Positions 47,701 to 55,573 of a DNA stretch of 64,000 bases are shown piece after piece. Numbering within the stretch: position 1 is the first letter of the stretch; every line of letters begins with the position of its first letter. The notes below the pieces were generated by a model that saw nothing but the letters and a program-made list of their open reading frames with translations, had not been told where the DNA came from and did no database searches. Source of the DNA: a virus (lineage: Duplodnaviria; Caudoviricetes); IMG/VR virus record IMGVR_UViG_3300033066_000276, positions 1-64,000 of that record; one strand, given 5' to 3'. Position numbers and translations under genes: made by a program.

Positions 47701-47906
47701 TCTTCTTTGTCTTGCGCCGACTCGGCCATCATACGATCAAGATCGAAGCGCTCACCATCGGCTTCTCGAAAGCGTGAGCACAGGTAGCCGCTAGACTTAC
47801 TCTTGTCAGTGCAAATCGGCCACAGGGCACAGGTTAGGCAATTTTCCTCAAGACTTGGACGAAGACTTCTTCCTAGCTTTAATCGGATACGACGGCGTTT
47901 TTCCAT
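44712..47906 (-). CDS. terL: Terminase large subunit, intein-containing
   Basis: Walker A AGQRGGKS, Walker B GGIDEIGWF, coupling motif ISSP, WEMNP, RuvC-like TFDAG and DDIFRA; Zn-finger insert CPYC...CPQC. Confidence 0.93.
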   Translation of the reverse strand: MEKRRRIRLKLGRSLRPSLEENCLTCALWPICTDKSKSSGYLCSRFREADGERFDLDRMMAESAQDKEDTIQPWEPKTSDDDINFDVEKYVLDIVKNAGSMPDMSIDDGDFPQAKNFYEFTCSKMYQNMTPFGRQFEIAVNLMSEYCPYCTDMKWLDGSVSVKTKVPAYLEHVVLLENGICPQCDGRKSDMVAEGDLNDHYEMAGLAGQRGGKSAVTGMVTSYTNHLFLKLPNPSQFFGLLKNQQLGATFLATTQDQARKTIWDPIYQALTEGPWYKNYHKMLDYWHEKTGIEYYSLKDTYYWYRHRNLIGSVSGPNMRTLRGLTRYLGGIDEIGWFTGNDGAVKLNADEVHKAMRRSFLTLRAAHATLRKKGMNSIPAPMFLNISSPSSRYDKITKLYNQSKKSRMVYGFRYATWEMNPKVSRKVLAEEFAENYEKAMRDYGAKPPLSSAGFIGDINFVKKCLDPHRENLLKIKQVLVQTRANAVMTSGKAKIISPGTKTNHILTFDAGETHNCFAGETKVITRNGTKRIDRLIGKSVEVLTEGSKWVKTEFKCYGKAELYELELSFNGAKKVIRVTGNHRWFAFDKNRTRKELTTETLQTGYKIDSVLPPVNSDWSIDPRGVEHGVVMGDGHLGPWGKGQERHWSVANLCYHKIDFLLPYFERYRARGKYWQERGEYPKNEIVITHLPIEYKSVPSPRYDDSYLRGFIAGYIATDGCVDKDGKVMINSITKKNLRKLRDVCNKLGVATSPITCQETVNPFNGKMFKCYKLFFLRETFSAELLLNPQHRERFVNNTKDFNTRTKWTVESINKTKRREKVYCAEIPDTHSFVLEDYILTGNSFAFCVAHNDKALSPVIDAIGEVIPQKDHRINFRDVYDRILLPLIDEFNVIMAVTDRWQSKKILMDIETDRRVDTREYTVKYEDFEMLREDIHDATISFPRCEVKIPEILDLIDESYPKGFEGKPVAHLIAQIMTVRDFETSVEKGESTTDDIFRAVVLAHSFLRDKDLAPKFAGETAKRFGSFGFIGGAAGVQSVSGMGVMVSGSATGGGRSAVGIGASKTL
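45384..46364 (-). mobile_element. Intein with LAGLIDADG endonuclease in TerL (327 aa)
   Basis: Starts CFAGET, VTGNHRW block B, IAGYIATDG, ends FVLEDYILTGN followed by Ser. Confidence 0.93.
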
Positions 47907-48447
47907 TAGGGCTGCTCTGCTGCATTAACCGGGCTACCATAGACGCCAGTGCATCCTTGGCTTGCGCCGGTGTGAATTCTGTAAGCATAGCTAGGTTGCG
48001 AATCCTAGCGCGTGCTTTAGGCCCTAAATTGGTGTCTTTGAGCAGCATGTCGAGGACTTCAATACGGGCAATTCGACGCCCCGTAGCCTCTACTTCGGCC
48101 ATTTCGAGCCCTATTGGGATATTCATTTGGGTGGCAAAGACCTTGTTTGCCTGGGCTACACCCTCCATTTGAGCGTATAGACGAATAGTTAGATCAAGCG
48201 CCCGATCTCTAGTCGTGGCGACTGTGGTTTCCCAGATGCGGAATAGCGGCCCTTGGTCAACGTTGTCTTCAAGGTTGGCAAAATACTTCGCCAACCGCTT
48301 GCGTTCTCGCAGCAGACTCTTTTGTAGTTTAGTCTTCGAGGTAGTCGTCGAGGCTTTCGTCTTGTTCTTCTTTCGGTCGCTTCTTGGACCCACCCTTACC
48401 CCCTTTTCCTTTCTTTCCTCCTTCACTTCCTCCGTTACCTTTGACAT
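47848..48447 (-). CDS. Hypothetical protein upstream of TerL (possible small terminase); start uncertain
   Basis: Helical basic ORF directly upstream of terL; overlaps the dnaB end. Confidence 0.45.
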   Translation of the reverse strand: MSKVTEEVKEERKEKGVRVGPRSDRKKNKTKASTTTSKTKLQKSLLRERKRLAKYFANLEDNVDQGPLFRIWETTVATTRDRALDLTIRLYAQMEGVAQANKVFATQMNIPIGLEMAEVEATGRRIARIEVLDMLLKDTNLGPKARARIRNLAMLTEFTPAQAKDALASMVARLMQQSSPNGKTPSYPIKARKKSSSKS

Positions 48448-50806
48448 AGCTTTCAAATCCTTTGAGTTCTTCCTCGGTCGGGTCACGCACGGTCATGGTG
48501 CCGTAGTCTTCAGCGAGGTAGAAATTGTAGTCTGGTTGGTTGCGGTTTTTCTGTTGCTGCACGTAGATCATTCCAGCTTCCTTGCTGGCCTTGTCTCGCA
48601 CCCAAGTCCACATATTTGAATTATGGACAATCATCCCATTGGCGACAAAACTATCAGTTCCTGGTACTGTCAAGTCATACACAGTCTGCTTACCCACATA
48701 AGTAACTGATCTTACCGACTGTAGATGGTAGTCGGGACGTTTACGCCATTTGGTCGTGTGCTGGTATTGTTTATTTGGATGGATGCATCGGATATACTTA
48801 TTCCATAGCTCTAAATTGGCAATGCCTGCTACTTCAAATGACCAGCCACTACTCCAGGTTTTCTCAACCTTCTTCTCCTCACCATTTTGCTTAGCGTAGA
48901 TTCCTAATCGTTGTAGCAATAAGCGAAAACGATGGCTCATCTCTTTTGATGTAGTAGAGAAAGCTTTTCTGTCTATCCCACTACCGCCATCACAATCATA
49001 TAGAGCACCAAGGCACTCACCTACTATATTTCGCGGTGATTGCATGACTACATCAGGGATATATTTGCTGTTGGCTTTGCCTGTTAAACCAGGGATTGAG
49101 GCAAGTATCTCACTTACTTGCTTTTTGTAGACAACAACCCCACCCTTAACAGGAGAAGGTGTTATGCCAAACACTTTTTCAAAGCATCGAACGTAGTCTG
49201 CAATTAGTATTGGATTATGGTTGGCGAAATGTACTCGCCAACGTTTTTGCTCGTTACAGATATGACCGTCACCAATCAAATATCCAATCAACCGTGCAAA
49301 CTCCTTGTTCATTCGCTTTGGAACTTTGACTCGTTGAGATCTATCAAATTTGTGTCTGTATTCTACTTGAAGTCTCATCTGACTACGAGGCCAAATGTAC
49401 TGTTGATTGAAGATAATATGGTCAGTAGGCTGTAGCTTCTTAAGCTCCCTCCACTCTACACCCTTTATCCCCATCACTGCAAAGCGGTGGTTTCCCGTTG
49501 CTGTAATCTCTACGCCGCGCTCTGTTACCAGCTTGTAGACTGGTTTCTTTCCGTTATTGTGGGCACGAAGAGCTATTCCAACGCCATTTTGTGACGTTAC
49601 CATTTCTTGAATGTGTCGGTTGCCAGGTTCGTCCATAGCAACCAAATCTTGAATTGGGATAACGCCATTGGGTGTATCAATCAACGTGTTTCCAATAACG
49701 CAAGCGTGTTCCTTCATGCCCTTTGAATAGCGAATGATCCCTTCTTCGCTAAGCTGCGCTAGAACCACAACAATGCAGCGGTTGGCTTCGGCGAAGCGTT
49801 TGCAGAAACGAGCAATATCCGACAGCTTGCGCCATTGATCGTCTGTACTTGCACCCTTCAAGAGGTTGATGTAGTCGATGATAATGACAGGGTAGCTGAA
49901 CGGCTTGAGTCGGAACAGCGTTTCCTCGATGGTCAAGTCCTCATCGGGGATCATGTGGGTTTCGACTGAACCACGCTTCTTCAGGTCGGCCGTGTATTCC
50001 TTCCACGCACGAGTGAGCTTCTTCACCTCCTTACGAGTGAGGTCAGCCGGTCGCAACATACGTTCGAGCGGAATCTTAGTCAGATACGACATACGCCGCA
50101 TCATCATTTCCGTCTCGTTCATTTCAAGGCCGACGATGCAGGTCCGGTAGCCTTGCTTGGCCCAATTGTGCGCCAGCACTTGTGCAAGAGTTGACTTACC
50201 GCCGCCGGTGTTGGCTGCAATTAGAAACAAACCGCCCAGCGGTATCCCGGCTGAGCGGCGGTCGAAACTATCGAATCCTGTAGGGATAAAGCGAGTAGCT
50301 GTACCCTTTAGAAAGTCCCTGAGTATCTTCTTGGTGTTGTTATTGTCACCGTAATTGAACATCGTCTCACGGTTGCCGGTTGAGTTGGCTTCCATGAGTT
50401 TCACGCTGATCTTCGCCAGCATGTCATCGATGTCTACGGTTTCACCTTTGAGCGCTTCAACGCCTTCACGGTGCATCTCATGCACGAGACGCAAGCGGCG
50501 GAATTCATTAAGCTGGCGGGCAATGGTTGTGGCTCGCTTCTTGCTGCGAATCCTAACCTTCTGCACCTTACGCAGCTTCGCTCTTACCCGTTCGGGGAGC
50601 TTGGTATCATGGCAGATAGTATCGTAGTCGGGGCGAGCACCTGTGTTCCGCATGATCGTAGTGATGCGACGGAAGACAGCTTTGCCAGTTGATGTCTGAA
50701 AGTGGTTTTCGTTACATAGACCTAGCAGTACGTTGGCACTGTGTTCGTGTTCGCCAACCATCGCGCGAACAGCTTTAAGCTCCAAAGAAATGTCGAACAG
50801 TTTCAC
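48329..50806 (-). CDS. dnaB: Replicative DnaB-like helicase, intein-containing
   Basis: IPTGF, Walker A AANTGGGKS, LEM, IIIDYINLL, LAQLSE, QQKNRN. Confidence 0.93.
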   Translation of the reverse strand: MKLFDISLELKAVRAMVGEHEHSANVLLGLCNENHFQTSTGKAVFRRITTIMRNTGARPDYDTICHDTKLPERVRAKLRKVQKVRIRSKKRATTIARQLNEFRRLRLVHEMHREGVEALKGETVDIDDMLAKISVKLMEANSTGNRETMFNYGDNNNTKKILRDFLKGTATRFIPTGFDSFDRRSAGIPLGGLFLIAANTGGGKSTLAQVLAHNWAKQGYRTCIVGLEMNETEMMMRRMSYLTKIPLERMLRPADLTRKEVKKLTRAWKEYTADLKKRGSVETHMIPDEDLTIEETLFRLKPFSYPVIIIDYINLLKGASTDDQWRKLSDIARFCKRFAEANRCIVVVLAQLSEEGIIRYSKGMKEHACVIGNTLIDTPNGVIPIQDLVAMDEPGNRHIQEMVTSQNGVGIALRAHNNGKKPVYKLVTERGVEITATGNHRFAVMGIKGVEWRELKKLQPTDHIIFNQQYIWPRSQMRLQVEYRHKFDRSQRVKVPKRMNKEFARLIGYLIGDGHICNEQKRWRVHFANHNPILIADYVRCFEKVFGITPSPVKGGVVVYKKQVSEILASIPGLTGKANSKYIPDVVMQSPRNIVGECLGALYDCDGGSGIDRKAFSTTSKEMSHRFRLLLQRLGIYAKQNGEEKKVEKTWSSGWSFEVAGIANLELWNKYIRCIHPNKQYQHTTKWRKRPDYHLQSVRSVTYVGKQTVYDLTVPGTDSFVANGMIVHNSNMWTWVRDKASKEAGMIYVQQQKNRNQPDYNFYLAEDYGTMTVRDPTEEELKGFESYVKGNGGSEGGKKGKGGKGGSKKRPKEEQDESLDDYLED
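48620..49702 (-). mobile_element. Intein with LAGLIDADG endonuclease in DnaB (361 aa)
   Basis: Starts CVIGNT, TATGNHRF, IGYLIGDG and LGALYDCDG, ends FVANGMIVHN followed by Ser. Confidence 0.95.
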
Positions 50807-50807
50807 G

Positions 50808-51386
50808 TTAAATTTGCTCTGGTCTTCTAGTTAGCAACGGTGTGCCGCGTGTGAAGTATGCAAGTCGCTTTACCGGGATGAACAAATTGTTGTGAGCAAA
50901 ATGTACCGGATCAGCGCCGACCACAACGAGGATTACAGGGCAGTTTAGCTCCGCTAGAATGTCGCGCGCCTTCTCGAACACAGGTCCGGTTGAGTTCTGA
51001 TACAGACCCCATAGCACGAACAGGCTTGGTTCGTGTTCAATCACTTCATCTAGGACAGGGTTGTCGAAGCCACCACGCACGCGCCGCCAACGTATCTCAC
51101 CTTGTTGGTTGGCAGCAAGACGTAGCGCCAGCTTCAACGGTAGGTCATCGCTTTCACGACCACCAAGAATAGTAACCCCACTCAGAGGTTCTTTTCCCTC
51201 CAAGTGGGGCGCCAGTTTGTCGGCTTGCTTAGATGCAGTGATAGAAGGCTTCCCGTGAATGTCAATGTCGCCGAGACGTGGCCGCAGTTTGAACGTGCGA
51301 AAACCAAGCTTCCGCATCGGTGCGCCAGCGAAGCTCAAACGCATACGCTCTTCATGGGTCAGCGCTGTAACGTCGCCCTTATTCAT
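50808..51386 (-). CDS. Hypothetical replication-associated protein (possibly degenerate DnaC-like loader)
   Basis: Immediately upstream of dnaB; Rossmann-like strands SLFVLWGL and PVILVV; no intact Walker A. Confidence 0.4.
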   Translation of the reverse strand: MNKGDVTALTHEERMRLSFAGAPMRKLGFRTFKLRPRLGDIDIHGKPSITASKQADKLAPHLEGKEPLSGVTILGGRESDDLPLKLALRLAANQQGEIRWRRVRGGFDNPVLDEVIEHEPSLFVLWGLYQNSTGPVFEKARDILAELNCPVILVVVGADPVHFAHNNLFIPVKRLAYFTRGTPLLTRRPEQI

Positions 51387-51652
51387 TGAGATGACACTAT
51401 CACTTTTCCGCTTTTGTCTACCACTTCCATACGGTCAAAGACGATAGCTTGTCTCATGTAGACGCGCATCGTATCGCCTTCGTACTTGTCTACAACATTC
51501 AAGTTGCGAGCATTGAGGTAGCCATTCTTAAGGTCCAAGTCAGGCTCCGCCCGAAGGAAGCTTTGCACAGCCATCTCTGATGCAACCATAATGTTTGGCG
51601 CATGTCCTTGCCACTGCAAGCTGTCATCCCACCAAACTTGAAATTCAGCCAT
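51383..51652 (-). CDS. Hypothetical protein
   Basis: 89 aa ORF with ATGA coupling. Confidence 0.65.
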   Translation of the reverse strand: MAEFQVWWDDSLQWQGHAPNIMVASEMAVQSFLRAEPDLDLKNGYLNARNLNVVDKYEGDTMRVYMRQAIVFDRMEVVDKSGKVIVSSQ

Positions 51653-51671
51653 ACTTCACCTTTACCAATGC

Positions 51672-51697
51672 GGTTGGCCTCGTCTCCGAGGCCAACC
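51672..51697 (-). promoter_or_regulatory. Intergenic perfect 11-bp hairpin with GAGA tetraloop
   Basis: GGTTGGCCTCG-GAGA-CGAGGCCAACC on the minus strand; no U-tract. Confidence 0.65.
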
Positions 51698-51703
51698 TTG
51701 GTT

Positions 51704-52006
51704 TCAGTCACCACTGTTCAGGAGTGCCTTGACGACCCACATGACTGAGTCTTCAAGCTGGCGAATACCGTGGCTGACGTTGGAGCCACGTGCGCGATTG
51801 CCGTCAGACCGGGTATGCACCGGCGACACCTTGTAGTAGAGCAGCAGCAGTTCGACCGCTTTGGTTTTGATCTCATCGGCCAGTGCCAGTTTGTCTTCCG
51901 ACGGTTTGCCGTAGGCGCGTGCGAACACTTGTTCGGCTGCGATCACGTCTTCAATCGAGACGTTGTGTTTGGCTGCCAGAGCTTGGCGTCGTTGTTCGTC
52001 ACTCAT
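51704..52006 (-). CDS. Acb2/Tad1-like cyclic-nucleotide sponge (anti-CBASS/Thoeris candidate)
   Basis: YGKPSEDKLALADEIK...QLEDSVMWVVKAL parallels T4 Vs.4/Acb2 (GYKPHTEEKIGKVNAIK...KLKEASMWACRAV, recalled). Confidence 0.7.
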   Translation of the reverse strand: MSDEQRRQALAAKHNVSIEDVIAAEQVFARAYGKPSEDKLALADEIKTKAVELLLLYYKVSPVHTRSDGNRARGSNVSHGIRQLEDSVMWVVKALLNSGD

Positions 52007-52269
52007 GTCTTTTCCTTCTTCGCTTTGAACGCTCGCAGATTCGCGACCGCTTCTTCAATAATACGATCCGTGTCGTCGATATGGGCAAGTCTCAGGCTTG
52101 AATGATTGTCAAGAACATCATCTACCTGAATACGTCGGTGGGCGATAACCTTGCCGTTTTTCAGCTCTCGATTGATAACGCAGAAGATAGGCCAACCTTC
52201 TTCGGACGTACCGATCTGAAATTTCTCGTAGATGCGGCCTTCTTTGGCCCACATGCGATTAAGATCCAT
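52003..52269 (-). CDS. Hypothetical protein
   Basis: Start moved to MDLNRMW. Confidence 0.6.
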   Translation of the reverse strand: MDLNRMWAKEGRIYEKFQIGTSEEGWPIFCVINRELKNGKVIAHRRIQVDDVLDNHSSLRLAHIDDTDRIIEEAVANLRAFKAKKEKT

Positions 52270-52780
52270 TCCATTTGTTCCACAGGTTGACGACCTTGCA
52301 GTCCTTGTTGTTGGCTTCGGCGAAACGGATGCAATTTTCGGTGCCGCCCTTAGATCCATCCCATAAGGCAATTAGTCGGGTTGCTTTCATCACCATCCAA
52401 GCGTTTCGGTCCTGCAAAGCCTTTGCCACTTTCCAGAATGGAACCTCACCTTTGTCGTCAAACTCAGTGATGTAGTGGATACGTTTGGATTGTACCAGCA
52501 GATCGTTGTAGTATTTCTGACTCTCACGCGGCCACCGTTTCTCTTGACCGTGAAATGGCACCGCAGCAACGAACGGAATCTCAAGGTCAACACAGGCTTG
52601 TGCGAACGCCTGATCCCAACCTAGAGCCATACCGGAGATAGCTCGATAAGGCCGATGCGACTGTAGATATTTCTTCGCCAGTCTAACTAGGTTGGCATGT
52701 GTTCCGAGAGAATAGCCGCCAAGTTTGTTGGGTCGATGTCCAGTTGCCGCAAAGACTTGACGGCCTACCCACCTAGCCAT
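52259..52780 (-). CDS. SLOG-superfamily protein (YspA/DUF1273-like)
   Basis: TGHRPNKLGGY, ISGMALGWDQAFA, AAVPF.GQE..W, DRNAWMV, ALWDGSKGGT. Confidence 0.88.
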   Translation of the reverse strand: MARWVGRQVFAATGHRPNKLGGYSLGTHANLVRLAKKYLQSHRPYRAISGMALGWDQAFAQACVDLEIPFVAAVPFHGQEKRWPRESQKYYNDLLVQSKRIHYITEFDDKGEVPFWKVAKALQDRNAWMVMKATRLIALWDGSKGGTENCIRFAEANNKDCKVVNLWNKWNGS

Positions 52781-53021
52781 AAAGTATGTCTTCCAATAGA
52801 ATACGTTCGGTTGGATCATAATAATCGTTGAGTTCAGGCACGATCTCCGCCACCGCTTCGCAGCTAGCCATGATGGATGAAAGCCAAAGGCCCTTGCCAG
52901 TAGTCCTCCAGGCAAACTCTCGCGCGCGTTGTTCATCAGCAGCTACAAGCGTGAAGCCACGAGTCTCATCGTAGCATTTATTGTAGTCATCCCCCTTCCT
53001 TTTTAGAATCCAAACGCGCAC
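52773..53021 (-). CDS. Hypothetical protein
   Basis: YDETRGFTLVAADEQRAREFA, a common small phage ORF pattern; start uncertain. Confidence 0.55.
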   Translation of the reverse strand: MRVWILKRKGDDYNKCYDETRGFTLVAADEQRAREFAWRTTGKGLWLSSIMASCEAVAEIVPELNDYYDPTERILLEDILYG

Positions 53022-53352
53022 TGGCGGCGAGGTCTTGTTTGTGCCTATGGACGTCGTATCCAAGGACGGTTGCAATCCAGTTGCCATTTCCATTCCCCAC
53101 AGGTTCAATCAGTTTCATGTCTTGTAGCTTGACCGCAAGCGGTGTCGGGCCAACTTTGCCTTCACAGATACGAGCTAACGTTTCCAGTGCTGACGGAAAG
53201 GTAGTGAGTTGTGCATAGAGATAGTCAACTCGTTCTTTCCTTAACCGCTTCAAGAGTTTGCTGAACTTGTTGGCCCCTGGTAGATCGTTGTCAACGGCAT
53301 CGATTACCTCCATGGCCAATTCTCGATACACGACGTAAGAGAAATCAGCCAT
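52987..53352 (-). CDS. Hypothetical protein
   Basis: ORF coupled to groES. Confidence 0.6.
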   Translation of the reverse strand: MADFSYVVYRELAMEVIDAVDNDLPGANKFSKLLKRLRKERVDYLYAQLTTFPSALETLARICEGKVGPTPLAVKLQDMKLIEPVGNGNGNWIATVLGYDVHRHKQDLAASARLDSKKEGG

Positions 53353-53656
53353 CGATAACTCCAATCACGTCGCTTTCTTTCATGCACAAATAAGGCTTGT
53401 TCTCACCGGGGAAGTGAATCTCATTGCCTGACCAGCGGCCATAGAGCACAACTTCACCCACTTCCAAGTCGGTAGGGCAACGATAGCCACCCTTGAGTCT
53501 CTTGCCTGGACCGACGGCTACTACCTCGCCCTTCTTCGGTGTGTCTTCAGGGTCATAGTTTTCAGGGATGATAAGACTACCAATCTTACCACTGTGAGAA
53601 TCGAGTTGCCGAATGAGAACGTTGTCCTCCATCGGCACAAAATCACGAACGTCCAA
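53345..53656 (-). CDS. groES: Co-chaperonin GroES
   Basis: PMEDNVLI, GSLIIP mobile loop, GEVVAVGPG, VGEVVLYGRWSG, MKESDVIGVI; likely TTG start with AGGAG RBS. Confidence 0.93.
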   Translation of the reverse strand: MDVRDFVPMEDNVLIRQLDSHSGKIGSLIIPENYDPEDTPKKGEVVAVGPGKRLKGGYRCPTDLEVGEVVLYGRWSGNEIHFPGENKPYLCMKESDVIGVIDG

Positions 53657-54413
53657 TTGCTTGCTCCTGTACTTGACTTGCAGTGTCAGCCTCATAGCTG
53701 ATGGTTAGAATACGATCATCGCCGGTTGCTCTCTCAGCGACACACATGAACAATGGTCTGCGGCCGCGCCACATACTAATCGGCCGACCGATAGCTGGAA
53801 TGTCTTCAACCGAAGCACTGCCATATTGCCCATCAGGATACTTGTCTCGCTTGTCACCAAGCCAATATCCACGCACAACCGGGAAGTTGGTGTGGTCTTC
53901 GTTTGTCGGTATGTACTCAGCGAACATAATGATCGCTTGACAATTGTGCTCATCTCTTGTCTTCAACAAGGATTCGTACTGAGACTGACTGAAGAGACTG
54001 GTTACCTGTTCGGGACTCCAAATGTGCGGACCCACTGGACCATCGGGTGAGATGACGGCAGCGTCCTTTTCAACAAGACCTATGCTCTCGACTCGGTTAG
54101 CGTCAGCACCCATGACGCTTTGATCCAAAGTGCTTTTGCGTGGTTGCAGTTCACGCACCTTTTCGGCGTCTCGCACATGGTCAAGATTTACCTCAGCATC
54201 TTCGTTGTTGTTCAACAGGTCTAACAGTTCATCCAACGGTATGTTGACGAAGTGAACGCCACCGTGCGACATCTTGATGTTGCTGGCATTGTTGATGACA
54301 CTGCTGATCTCAGTGATTTCGTCAGTGAAGATGACGATGGTTGACTTGAACGGTTCACTCTTGCTATGCTTCTGATAGCCCAGAGTCAGCGTTCTGCATT
54401 TAACTTTCGCCAT
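53643..54413 (-). CDS. Hypothetical protein
   Basis: 256 aa ORF. Confidence 0.65.
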   Translation of the reverse strand: MAKVKCRTLTLGYQKHSKSEPFKSTIVIFTDEITEISSVINNASNIKMSHGGVHFVNIPLDELLDLLNNNEDAEVNLDHVRDAEKVRELQPRKSTLDQSVMGADANRVESIGLVEKDAAVISPDGPVGPHIWSPEQVTSLFSQSQYESLLKTRDEHNCQAIIMFAEYIPTNEDHTNFPVVRGYWLGDKRDKYPDGQYGSASVEDIPAIGRPISMWRGRRPLFMCVAERATGDDRILTISYEADTASQVQEQAIGRS

Positions 54414-54414
54414 G

Positions 54415-54789
54415 TCATTTTCTCCAATCTCGGAAGCATTGCATCAAGAACCTGATGCGGTCATTCGCCATACCCCGTCCGTAGTCACAGTCTAGGTCAA
54501 GGTCATCCTCGCCCATACACTGTTCGGTTGGTAAGTTCACGCTTTGATGGTAGGCAAAGAAGTGTAGGCTTTTGGCTAGCTCGCGCGTGCGCCCGCCGGT
54601 TAGAACCCACCCTGATCCATCGGGGATCAAGTTGAACACATACTCAACCTGTGCCCTTAGCTTTACCCGTTCATCTTCGGGCACGTTGCGCCAAGAGGTG
54701 CGGCCTGTAAAGTTGATGAAGGCAGCCATCTGGTAGTGGCCGTGCAGTCTCTCAGCTAGGTGTTCGATCAGTGCTGGATCCAGCTTCAT
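54415..54789 (-). CDS. Hypothetical protein
   Basis: Start moved to MKLDPALIEH. Confidence 0.55.
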   Translation of the reverse strand: MKLDPALIEHLAERLHGHYQMAAFINFTGRTSWRNVPEDERVKLRAQVEYVFNLIPDGSGWVLTGGRTRELAKSLHFFAYHQSVNLPTEQCMGEDDLDLDCDYGRGMANDRIRFLMQCFRDWRK

Positions 54790-54952
54790 TGTTGCTCTCC
54801 GGGTATGGTAGGCCAAAGTGTTCGTAGAGCTTTTTGTGTAGCCAGGATCGGTGTTCTTCATCGCCGTGTGCGATTGCCGTGAACAGTTCTTCGATTTCGT
54901 TTTGTAGTGCCGATGGGTACTTCCCATAGAAGGGTTGCACCGACCCCTTCAT
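54752..54952 (-). CDS. Small hypothetical protein (AIAHGDEEHRSWL motif)
   Basis: ATG 1 nt after the upstream stop; motif recurrent in small phage proteins. Confidence 0.6.
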   Translation of the reverse strand: MKGSVQPFYGKYPSALQNEIEELFTAIAHGDEEHRSWLHKKLYEHFGLPYPESNNEAGSSTDRTPS

Positions 54953-54953
54953 G

Positions 54954-55187
54954 TTAGGTTTTGTCGCCATCGTTAAACTCCTCGAAGCTGATGCCATCCT
55001 TGGTGATGATTGAACGAAGTCGGATCATGGTAACCGGCTTGGGCTCAATAGCGTAGATGTTGATGGCGTTGGTGGCGTAGTTAGCGACCACTCTAGCCTT
55101 ACGAAACCGGCCTTCTAGTCGGTATTGAATACGCAGACGAACGACCGTGCAACCGAGCACCAAGGTACGCCAGAGGTGATACCACAT
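54954..55187 (-). CDS. Small protein resembling the tail-sheath C-terminus
   Basis: TGATG coupling; INIYAIEPKPVTMIRLRSIITKDGISFEE vs sheath VDLYLVPVYPVEKIRLRTIITREGDISFFE. Confidence 0.65.
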   Translation of the reverse strand: MWYHLWRTLVLGCTVVRLRIQYRLEGRFRKARVVANYATNAINIYAIEPKPVTMIRLRSIITKDGISFEEFNDGDKT

Positions 55188-55573
55188 CAGTCGTCGTCCT
55201 TGAACTTAAAGAACCAACCGATGATCCGCTGCGTAGCCAGGATATGGTTAGGGCTGTGAACGTGGCAGTGTGCTTGTAGCCACGGACTCAACGGGCGAGG
55301 CGAAACCAAGGACACATACTTACCAGCTTTGAAAGCGAGAACCACTTCCATAGCTGAGCCGTAGCTTGGCTTCCAACAGTTCGCCACTATTGCATCGCAT
55401 TGTGCGATAGCGTGCAGATCACGTTGCACTACATTCTTGCCCTTCCAATCGGTAGGGTCGATGAAAGTAACACCTTGGTTGACGAACAGATTCTTGAGTT
55501 CGTTTCGCCAGTCGTGCGCCTCGCCATGCGTACAGTTTGCGATGGGACCGCATAGATAGATGCTAGGTGTCAT
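55187..55573 (-). CDS. Nucleoside 2-deoxyribosyltransferase-like protein
   Basis: IYLCGPI...DWR...FIDP...DLHAIAQCDAIVA...SYGSAMEV. Confidence 0.85.
   Translation of the reverse strand: MTPSIYLCGPIANCTHGEAHDWRNELKNLFVNQGVTFIDPTDWKGKNVVQRDLHAIAQCDAIVANCWKPSYGSAMEVVLAFKAGKYVSLVSPRPLSPWLQAHCHVHSPNHILATQRIIGWFFKFKDDD

Noticed and set aside
48329-48486. Long overlap between the dnaB end and the next ORF as a dual-coding region
   Set aside because: The true start of the downstream ORF is unclear, and both frames are low-complexity there
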